Positions 56,771 to 64,000 of a stretch of 64,000 bases of DNA are shown here, in pieces. Below the pieces are notes generated by a model. That model worked only from the letters and a program-made list of their open reading frames with translations. It was not told where the DNA came from and did not search any database. The stretch's first letter is position 1. The number at the start of each line of letters is the position of its first letter. The position numbers were made by a program, and so were the translations under genes. This DNA comes from a virus. Lineage: Duplodnaviria > Caudoviricetes. The stretch lies in the IMG/VR virus record IMGVR_UViG_3300014204_000127, positions 32,001 through 96,000 of that record; one strand, written 5' to 3'.

Positions 56771-57710
56771 TTTGTTTTAGTTGTGTTTCAATGTATTTAA
56801 TAAACTCAATAACTTCATTGCGAACATTATCTTTTTTGCAGTAAGTTTGCAGATTATCTGGAAAAGATATTTTAACCTGTCTATCCGATTGCAGTATCTT
56901 TAATAATTCACTGTAATCCCTTTTAATTTCTATTTTAGGGGTTTCCTGTATCAAAAACACATCTTCAGGTTTCTTATCAGTTACTTCAAAATACTCTAAA
57001 GACTTATTATCAGTATCATATATTGCCACTTTAGGTATTCTATTCATGTCCCTGTCTGCAACAGAAAGCCTAACAAGACTACCTGGATTCACAACAGTAA
57101 TCCCATCTTTTTGATAATTATAAGGATAATGATAGTGGCCTACTATATATAGCGTATATCCTTTATATTTATCTATATATTGTGGTGGGTCAAATATCTG
57201 TTGATTGATAAACAACGGCTTATCCCCAACCATATCATGTGAAACAAGTATATCAGCATTGCATTTAGGTGTTTCACCATAAGAACAAAGGTCTACATTA
57301 ATATCTGAAAAATTCTTAACAGATAGGTATATACCATGCCCAAACAGGGGGGAGTGTGTGCTGTTATTTAGCTTATCAATAAATGATAGAATCGACACAT
57401 CTTTGTAGATAATACTGTGGTATTTTAGGTCATGATTTCCATGTATACAAAACATAGGAACATCTGGCAAAATGGTTTTCTTGGTCTGAAGGATATCAAA
57501 TACAAAAGCATAATTAGGATGAATAGTGTCAAATAAATCACCCGTTTGAAAAATGTAATTAACACCCTGTTGTTTGAATATGTTTAAAGCATTTTCAAAC
57601 TTCTTTAAACAAACCGAACCAAAATCCTGTTCCCCTCTGTTTACAGGGGATTCGGTTCTAAAGTGTGTGTCACCTATTATTCCGAACTTCATTATCAATA
57701 CTCTCCCCAT
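56757..57710 (-). CDS. sbcD: SbcD/Mre11-like nuclease
   Basis: GDTH, TGDLFD, GNHD, GHYH, NPGSLVR. Confidence 0.9.
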   Translation of the reverse strand: MGRVLIMKFGIIGDTHFRTESPVNRGEQDFGSVCLKKFENALNIFKQQGVNYIFQTGDLFDTIHPNYAFVFDILQTKKTILPDVPMFCIHGNHDLKYHSIIYKDVSILSFIDKLNNSTHSPLFGHGIYLSVKNFSDINVDLCSYGETPKCNADILVSHDMVGDKPLFINQQIFDPPQYIDKYKGYTLYIVGHYHYPYNYQKDGITVVNPGSLVRLSVADRDMNRIPKVAIYDTDNKSLEYFEVTDKKPEDVFLIQETPKIEIKRDYSELLKILQSDRQVKISFPDNLQTYCKKDNVRNEVIEFIKYIETQLKQIERN

Positions 57711-57976
57711 TTGCCAAGAGGAGTATATACATAAATGCCACTTTCATACATGCTGTGTGATTTTATATAGAAATCTATAGCAACATCGTTGGTTTTTGGT
57801 AATTCCCAGTAAGCACCACAAGGGCAAAACATTCTTTTGGTATAGTCAGACCATGTATTGGTATCTTTACAACACGGACATCTTTTAAAGGGCTTGGAAA
57901 TTTCTTTTAAAGCGTGCTTTCGCATACCAATTATATCATTTTCTTTAAACTTTATACCGTCAAGAAAAATGTTCAT
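57695..57976 (-). CDS. Zn-finger hypothetical protein
   Basis: CPCC..CPCG. Confidence 0.6.
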   Translation of the reverse strand: MNIFLDGIKFKENDIIGMRKHALKEISKPFKRCPCCKDTNTWSDYTKRMFCPCGAYWELPKTNDVAIDFYIKSHSMYESGIYVYTPLGKWGEY

Positions 57977-58425
57977 TTGAGGTTTGTTCTTTCCTTATCT
58001 GTTCCTATTTCTTTTATTGCTAAAGCATTAGTAATATCATCTACTTCTAATACCAATTGTTCCACACCATCAGCAAGGACTAGAATATCATGCACAACTG
58101 GTGACATTAGTGCATCTTTTTCTTTCTTTAATATATGAGGATGTGCTTTTTTTTCGGCATCCAATTTAGAGACATATCCTAATTTGCTGGACAGTCTATA
58201 AATACAACTACCCAATTTATCTAATCTGTTTGCCAGATAACCAAGAGCATTCTCAATATATAAATAAACATCATCTGATGTGGAACTATTTGAATATGAA
58301 ATACGCTTTTCATAATCAGCAGATACTAATCTAGCAACATCTTCCCCTGCTTTTTGAACTAAATCAACCAATTCTTGTCTTGTGATTTTTATATGTTCCT
58401 CGTTGTTTTTATGTGATTCTTCCAT
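57973..58425 (-). CDS. hypothetical protein
   Basis: 150-aa ORF with RBS. Confidence 0.6.
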   Translation of the reverse strand: MEESHKNNEEHIKITRQELVDLVQKAGEDVARLVSADYEKRISYSNSSTSDDVYLYIENALGYLANRLDKLGSCIYRLSSKLGYVSKLDAEKKAHPHILKKEKDALMSPVVHDILVLADGVEQLVLEVDDITNALAIKEIGTDKERTNLK

Positions 58426-58449
58426 AACACTATCCTTTCATATATTAAT

Positions 58450-59580
58450 TTATCTACCACAAAGGGGACATTTCCCCAATTCTTTCATCTTTATATCAAA
58501 ATCATTTTTAGACTCAATTGCCTCTTTTTCAAGTGACTGACACAATAGATGCTGTTTTTTAAAACTTTCAAGCAACTGCTTCATTTTTATCAATTTAGTC
58601 TTATTTTGATTATATTCATCTATTTTCTTTGTAATGCTGCCAAAATCATATTCAATCCTAGTAGGAATATTAATAGAATTATAGGCACCTAACATCCTTT
58701 TTATTCTATTCACTTCTGCAATGTTATCTTTGTATTTGCCTATTCTACCACTTATTTGCTCAAAGTCAAGAACTTTTTTGGCAGGAATAGTAATATTTTC
58801 AAAATCTCGTAAAAGTGTTCGTATTTTGTTAATAATTTGCATATTTTCATTATATTTATGCAAATTATTTTCAAGATTGTGCAATACTTTTACATCTAGT
58901 GACAACTTCGGGATAACAATGGAATCATATTTATTTATGATATCCCCAAGTTTTTCTATTTCCTGAACACCCTTATCATGTTTTTCTACATTCTGCTTAT
59001 ATCTATTTAATATTTCTTCATACTCAACAAGAAAAGAAAGGCCTTTTACAATCAACTGCTGTTCTTTTATTTGTTCATCTATTGTAGAAAGTTCACTATT
59101 AAATCCCTTTAATTGGGATGCTATCTTTCTGGACATTTCTTCGGCATGTTCCAATTGAGTAAGGTCATTAATAGCAGATGCTAATTTTCCTCCGCTCATT
59201 GTACCTGGTAAAAGGTAGTTACTTTCCGATTGCGATTGAAAGTTAATATCCCCCATGTTAGTCACATTTAATACCTCATCGGGTACATTTGTGCCAATAG
59301 CAGACAACTTTTCACCATTTAGGGTGTAGTTATTGTCCTTTTTATCCCTATAACGCCCTATTATGCTATCATTCTGTTCTATTGTTACTCTGGTAAACTT
59401 TGCCCAATGACTAATATACGATATATTGTTGGGCTTATTATACCACAGTAATTTAAGGGCACGAAGAATAGCAGATTTGCCATGTGTGGATTCACCTACA
59501 AAGGCTGTAACCCCATCAGCAAGGTCAACTTCGGTGTCAGGGTGGGATTGGAAGTTCTCTATTTTAAGTGATTTAAGCAT
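58450..59580 (-). CDS. SbcC/Rad50 N-terminal half ending in the Zn hook
   Basis: IENFQSH, GESTHGKS Walker A, Q-loop, coiled coil, terminal CPLCGR. Confidence 0.9.
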   Translation of the reverse strand: MLKSLKIENFQSHPDTEVDLADGVTAFVGESTHGKSAILRALKLLWYNKPNNISYISHWAKFTRVTIEQNDSIIGRYRDKKDNNYTLNGEKLSAIGTNVPDEVLNVTNMGDINFQSQSESNYLLPGTMSGGKLASAINDLTQLEHAEEMSRKIASQLKGFNSELSTIDEQIKEQQLIVKGLSFLVEYEEILNRYKQNVEKHDKGVQEIEKLGDIINKYDSIVIPKLSLDVKVLHNLENNLHKYNENMQIINKIRTLLRDFENITIPAKKVLDFEQISGRIGKYKDNIAEVNRIKRMLGAYNSINIPTRIEYDFGSITKKIDEYNQNKTKLIKMKQLLESFKKQHLLCQSLEKEAIESKNDFDIKMKELGKCPLCGR

Positions 59581-59906
59581 TTTTTATGTTCTAGACAATA
59601 TTCTAAGATTGCTATTTGGGCTTGGTCAAAAGAAGTAAACCAGTTATTGGTGGCAGAAAAGCCTCTTCCATAAATTGCATAAGTAGATTCATGAATTTCA
59701 ATACAGACATTATGATTCTTTTCTATCCATTCCCTACAGGCACGCTCAAGAATGGCGGCAACTGCCAATTCATTTATAATATTCTCTACGTTACCACGCT
59801 CATACCATGTTCCATCGCCATCATATACAAGCCAATCTATATCTTGTTCAAGAACTGGTATTTCTAGTTTTTTCATAAGCTCATATTTTTTAAGTGTTAA
59901 ATTCAT
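59559..59906 (-). CDS. hypothetical protein, paralog of 9160..9483
   Basis: [10 protein letters not shown]. Confidence 0.7.
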   Translation of the reverse strand: MNLTLKKYELMKKLEIPVLEQDIDWLVYDGDGTWYERGNVENIINELAVAAILERACREWIEKNHNVCIEIHESTYAIYGRGFSATNNWFTSFDQAQIAILEYCLEHKKCLNHLK

Positions 59907-60213
59907 TTTTTAAACTTTCTGCCTTTTTTAGCAAATTAATCTCTGTTTTACAACAGTTCTTAAACTTCATTCCAGAACCACAGGGACAAACATCATTTCT
60001 ACCAACCTTTTTAAAAACCCTCTTTATTGGTTTTACTCTTGGGCCATATCTGTATTCTAAACACCCTATACATAGTCCATTCCTGAACGCAAGGTTCTTT
60101 CCACAATCAACACACTTTTCTTTATGTGTGGGTGCCTCTTGTGTAATAGTAGTATCAGCCTGTTTTGTTCTTGTTTCAAAATCTGTGGTGTTTAGTATTG
60201 ATTTTGTCTGCAT
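59890..60213 (-). CDS. SEC-C motif protein
   Basis: [20 protein letters not shown]. Confidence 0.85.
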   Translation of the reverse strand: MQTKSILNTTDFETRTKQADTTITQEAPTHKEKCVDCGKNLAFRNGLCIGCLEYRYGPRVKPIKRVFKKVGRNDVCPCGSGMKFKNCCKTEINLLKKAESLKNEFNT

Positions 60214-60249
60214 TTATATAACCTGTGTTTCCTTTTTTCTAAAACTATG

Positions 60250-60290
60250 AAATAAGTTAGAAAAGATTGGAGGGTTTTTCTAACTTATTT
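60250..60290. repeat. perfect 15-bp inverted repeat with 11-nt spacer at a transcript 5' end
   Basis: aaataagttagaaaa ... ttttctaacttattt. Confidence 0.85.
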
Positions 60291-60296
60291 TATACT

Positions 60297-60324
60297 ATTA
60301 TATCATATAATTCTAGTTTGTCAA
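60297..60324 (-). promoter_or_regulatory. sigma70-like promoter
   Basis: TTGACA-16-TATAAT, TGn. Confidence 0.8.
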
Positions 60325-60334
60325 TATAATATTT

Positions 60335-60862
60335 TCAATTGCCCCAATCTAATTGACTGTGTTTTAGGTTCTTTTTTTCTATTTCCTCCAGTTTTTCACA
60401 AATTTCTTTATAATTCATCCAGTTTTCTTTATTTTGACCACTTTTTGAAAACTCTTTTAAATGTCTAACGCACCATTCATATTGATATAATCTGTTTTCT
60501 TTTAACCATTCGGCAAAAAATATGCCATTCTTATGTGCAGAATCCTTGCCAAATTTATGATGTCTACTACATAGGCAGATACCGACACGGGGGTCTAAGG
60601 ATAGCAAATAATAAGCTTCTTTGGCTAATGTGTGATGTGCCTGTGTCTTTATGTCATTGCCACAAATACAACATTTATAGCCATCAAACTGTCTTACAAT
60701 TCTTGACCAAAGTTCATATGCACGCCTCTTCCAATACATAGAAAATGGATTCTCACGGTTCTTTTCAAGTCTTGATTTCTTAACTTTCTTTGTATTGGGG
60801 GATTTTATAGTCTTTTTTACACGTTTACGTTTTGTTGGTTTTTTTGGTTTTGGCAGTGTCAT
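60335..60862 (-). CDS. NinG-like HNH nuclease
   Basis: WSRIVR, CCICG, QAHH, GICLCSRHH. Confidence 0.75.
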   Translation of the reverse strand: MTLPKPKKPTKRKRVKKTIKSPNTKKVKKSRLEKNRENPFSMYWKRRAYELWSRIVRQFDGYKCCICGNDIKTQAHHTLAKEAYYLLSLDPRVGICLCSRHHKFGKDSAHKNGIFFAEWLKENRLYQYEWCVRHLKEFSKSGQNKENWMNYKEICEKLEEIEKKNLKHSQLDWGN

Positions 60863-60982
60863 TTTATTACTAAAATCCTTGCATATAGTAGCAGAATAGA
60901 TGAAAAAGGAACTTCAGTTTGGTTCTGATTCTTCTAAACAAAAAAAAAGTGATTTGTTAGCTTATTAAAAGAATTGCGAATG

Positions 60983-62308
60983 TTAAAACCTCTTTTTACG
61001 CTGTTTAATAGTGTGCATCTGATTCCAAACCCTTTCCACATCCACTATTAACTCATTTTCAAGATTCTTATCCTCAACATATGCAACAGCATCCTCTAAT
61101 CCCTGTCCCATTGATTCTTCGCCCCATTTATACCAAGAACCTGATTTGCTTACAATAGGCTTGTATGCATCACAAAACTGCGTAATCTCTTTATCTTTTA
61201 GGCCATCTCCTAGCAGAAATTCTATATTACATCTTACATCATCAAGACCGAAGTCCCATAGGCAAATATAGGGGACACTCTGACAAGGGGAATATGTCTT
61301 ATTTTTTTCGGTAAAAGCTGTTACCTTAATGCCAGCCAACGTCTCTATTCCATAAATATTCTTGACATTTACTTTACCACCTGATGTCAAGTTCACTCGA
61401 ATAGATGCCATGAATTCTGCGGCCTTGCTTCCAACTGCTATAACAGACTTGCCCATTCCACTTAGATTTGCACGAACCTGGTCTACAAAAACAATGGTAA
61501 GCTGGGCACTGTTTAGTCTTTTTATATACTTTCTAAATCCTTCCGACATCTTTTTGTTCTTTTCACCACCAAAAGTGCCATCTTCCATCTTACGCTTAAG
61601 TTCGGCAGCAGATGTGATGGCAGTAATAGAATCGACGCACATTACAGCAGGACTTGATATTTCTCCCTTTTCTATACCCACAAGTACAGTATCAATATAA
61701 TCATCCCAAAGGGATTCAACTGTTTCTGGACTAAAACAGGCAAAATTAGTAGAATTAGCCTTTATATTGGATGTTATCATTGCTTTGATTGCAGTAGACT
61801 TGTTTTTGGGCTTATTTTGTGCCTCTTTTTCTTTGCTAACCATATCAGCTAAAAAAGCATCATCAACATAATTACCTACATCGCATCCAAAAACCGCCCT
61901 AGCCCTATCAAAATCAAAAGAACCTTCAATATCGCACATAATAGCGGTTCCCCCTTTGCGAATAGCGTCACCCATTATGGTCTTACACATAATGGACTTA
62001 CCAGTAGAGGGCTGCCCATGAAATGAAACAACACGTCCATAAGGTATTCCACCATTAGATTTGCCTGAAATACCTAAATTAAGCAGGGTGCTTCCTATAT
62101 TCAGATATCCAGTAATTTCCTCTGATTCCCTGCCTTCTGTAGAAAGGGATTCCGAAATTGACTTCTTTTCTGGGATTATGCTTGTTTCAGTTTTTTCTGC
62201 CATATCCTCATCCACCACAACATCATCATCACTAATTTCATTCATTTCTGTTTCAGTTTGTTCCATATTGGAACTATCTGCTTCTTTATTTTTTTTAGGT
62301 CTTCCCAT
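60983..62308 (-). CDS. recA: RecA/UvsX-like recombinase
   Basis: GSTLLN, GGIPYGR, GQPSTGKS, VDSI, DQVR, EKNK. Confidence 0.9.
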   Translation of the reverse strand: MGRPKKNKEADSSNMEQTETEMNEISDDDVVVDEDMAEKTETSIIPEKKSISESLSTEGRESEEITGYLNIGSTLLNLGISGKSNGGIPYGRVVSFHGQPSTGKSIMCKTIMGDAIRKGGTAIMCDIEGSFDFDRARAVFGCDVGNYVDDAFLADMVSKEKEAQNKPKNKSTAIKAMITSNIKANSTNFACFSPETVESLWDDYIDTVLVGIEKGEISSPAVMCVDSITAITSAAELKRKMEDGTFGGEKNKKMSEGFRKYIKRLNSAQLTIVFVDQVRANLSGMGKSVIAVGSKAAEFMASIRVNLTSGGKVNVKNIYGIETLAGIKVTAFTEKNKTYSPCQSVPYICLWDFGLDDVRCNIEFLLGDGLKDKEITQFCDAYKPIVSKSGSWYKWGEESMGQGLEDAVAYVEDKNLENELIVDVERVWNQMHTIKQRKKRF

Positions 62309-62329
62309 TTTTAATCTTTTCCTTATGTT

Positions 62330-62740
62330 TTATTTAACAGTATTGGACATGACAACCCATTTTTCAGAACTGCTTGATTCTATATGACAAGGCCATATGA
62401 TAAAATTTAATAGTGGCTGTGGTTTATAGTGTTCTATAATAAGGCAAAATACCGACGGTTGTTGTCTCTCTTGTAGTCGCGTGTATTTCATTGTTTCTTT
62501 GTAAGGGAGTTCAACATCATATGGCAGTATTTGTGTTGTTTTGATTGTTTGGGTTACAGAAGTATTTTGGTTTTTTTCGACACCATACTTTATTGAAAAA
62601 GCTGTTACAGTCCATAACCAAGATAGGCTTGTACATAGTAACACTACGGATGCTGCAAACAAAATCATATCCGAGTCCCCCTCCCATATTCCATAAATCA
62701 AGAGAGCAGCCACAATCAATATAAAAATAATAAGTAACAT
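62330..62740 (-). CDS. membrane protein
   Basis: two N-terminal TM helices. Confidence 0.6.
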   Translation of the reverse strand: MLLIIFILIVAALLIYGIWEGDSDMILFAASVVLLCTSLSWLWTVTAFSIKYGVEKNQNTSVTQTIKTTQILPYDVELPYKETMKYTRLQERQQPSVFCLIIEHYKPQPLLNFIIWPCHIESSSSEKWVVMSNTVK

Positions 62741-62743
62741 TTG

Positions 62744-63214
62744 TTATTCCTTTGTCAATTCGTTGTCATCATCAAAACTATCATTATTCAACTTGCTTAT
62801 ATCTGAACAATTAAAGTAATTTGACTTGTAAAGCTCTGTTTCCACCTGTATCATTGACTTCTTTTGAAGAAACGCTTGATAAAGTGCATTAGCAATATCT
62901 GCCTCATAATCAGCATTAGCCTGCTGTAGTTTGGCTAGCTTAACTTCTTTAGAATTGATGACAGCGGCAGAAATGGACGATTCTGTAACCTTGTCAAGAC
63001 CATAAGCATCTGGATTTTGACGAACTGACAGTGTGACAGCAGCCTCTACCTCATCCACGTGTATCTTAGCCTGTTTAGCAATCTTCTTTGCCTCTGCTGC
63101 AATAATTCCAGCCTGTTCACAATAAACTGGTTGTGACATTGCTTCCACATGCAATTGTTGTAAGTCTATGCCAAGCCTGTTTTTAAGTTCTTCTATTTTT
63201 TTATCGTTTTCCAT
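62744..63214 (-). CDS. UvsY-like recombination mediator
   Basis: helical, L.ID...L..E...QP; close to the recombinase gene. Confidence 0.55.
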   Translation of the reverse strand: MENDKKIEELKNRLGIDLQQLHVEAMSQPVYCEQAGIIAAEAKKIAKQAKIHVDEVEAAVTLSVRQNPDAYGLDKVTESSISAAVINSKEVKLAKLQQANADYEADIANALYQAFLQKKSMIQVETELYKSNYFNCSDISKLNNDSFDDDNELTKE

Positions 63215-63229
63215 AATTTATTTCTCCTT

Positions 63230-63520
63230 TTATCCTATCACTGCCAAAATGTTTTCTTGGTCAAATACTGAATATTCAGTGTTCATGCCAACCTTTATCT
63301 TAATGGCTGCATATTCCCTGAATATAACTCTATCCCCATCCTTGACAAGTGATTGTACAGTATTGCCATGTTCATCTTCATATGTTGAATTACAGGCAAT
63401 AACTGTACCCATATACCGGGGATTCTTGGTATTTTTAGGAATATAGATGCCCCCTTTAGTAATCCTATCAGGGGCATCTACTTCCACAATCACCTTGTTT
63501 TTAATTGGTTTAATTTTCAT
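63230..63520 (-). CDS. groES: co-chaperonin GroES
   Basis: IKPIKNKVIV, TKGGIYIP, VKDGDRVIF..YA, ILAVI. Confidence 0.92.
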   Translation of the reverse strand: MKIKPIKNKVIVEVDAPDRITKGGIYIPKNTKNPRYMGTVIACNSTYEDEHGNTVQSLVKDGDRVIFREYAAIKIKVGMNTEYSVFDQENILAVIG

Positions 63521-63531
63521 AAGTTTTTCAA

Positions 63532-64000
63532 TTAAAAGAGAATATCTTCTGGGTTGACATCCTCACCTGGTGTATTTTCTACATTTGTTGGAGTACCCCC
63601 TGCTATTCCTGCTACATTCTGACGTAGCTTTTCAAGAGCACTTGGAGTTGGTTTGCCAGAAAGACCAAAATCAATATTATTAATGACTTCCTCTTTCTTT
63701 TCAACAACCTTTTCAGGAGATTCAGCTTGTGGTGTTGAAAAATTCTGCATAATCTGTGCTATTTCCTCATATGTCTTGAAAACAAGAATATCAGTATATC
63801 GGGGAACATTGCGGAATTCTTCTGGCACTGGTGTATCTGCCTTATCATAATCCAGTCCTACATACTTAGTATCAAGAGGCCCCTTGCCTGTACGTTCAAA
63901 TCCTAGTACAAAACAGGAATCATAATCAGCAAAGTCATTATATCCCCCACTAATCTTGGATGACTTTGCTATAAGTTCCCTATAAAGACCTGATGGCCAT
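63532..64000 (-). CDS. C-terminal part of a probable gp32-like ssDNA-binding protein (runs off the window)
   Basis: frame open to the window edge; FERTGKGPLDTKY, acidic tail EDVNPEDILF. Confidence 0.5.
   Translation of the reverse strand, partial: WPSGLYRELIAKSSKISGGYNDFADYDSCFVLGFERTGKGPLDTKYVGLDYDKADTPVPEEFRNVPRYTDILVFKTYEEIAQIMQNFSTPQAESPEKVVEKKEEVINNIDFGLSGKPTPSALEKLRQNVAGIAGGTPTNVENTPGEDVNPEDILF

Noticed and set aside
547-63850. Numerous plus-strand ORFs other than 17705..18904
   Set aside because: Antisense shadows of minus-strand genes, with no recognisable motifs
1-64000. Genome-wide stop-codon reassignment
   Set aside because: Long conserved genes are intact in the standard code; TAG and TGA stops sit at proper gene ends, often overlapping the next RBS or ATG

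Overview
AT-rich, gene-dense segment of a large (probably jumbo-type) tailed dsDNA phage. Almost every gene is on the minus strand, and the genetic code appears standard. Core genes: terminase large subunit with a class-3-type intein, a TerS-like gene about 39 kb away, intein-containing anaerobic RNR (nrdD) plus nrdG, dUTPase, RecA/UvsX, a UvsY-like protein, a split SbcC/Rad50 with SbcD, GroES, ClpP and a partial SSB-like gene. The accessory content is rich: five radical SAM enzymes (suggesting an anaerobic host), four stand-alone metallophosphoesterases, NADAR, a (p)ppGpp hydrolase-like HD protein, Nudix, SLOG, Mom-like and Lar-like proteins, two DNA methyltransferases, SpeD and a CoaE-HD-CoaD fusion. 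The strongest candidate for a new system is a glycan-modification block at about 41.8-52.4 kb: CMP-nonulosonate synthetase, a sialyltransferase/Maf-like protein, GT2, GT9, two methyltransferases and two radical SAM enzymes. Other patterns read from the DNA: up to three genes shifted +1 at G/C homopolymers (candidate contingency loci); single genes flanked by 21-35 bp direct repeats; an opposite-strand endonuclease cutting off a nucleotidyltransferase at its active site; a promoter-driven tRNA-like gene with a 5-nt anticodon loop; and 16 sigma70-like promoters, mostly with a 16-bp spacer and often near-leaderless. Family calls come from motif recognition only; no database searches were run.
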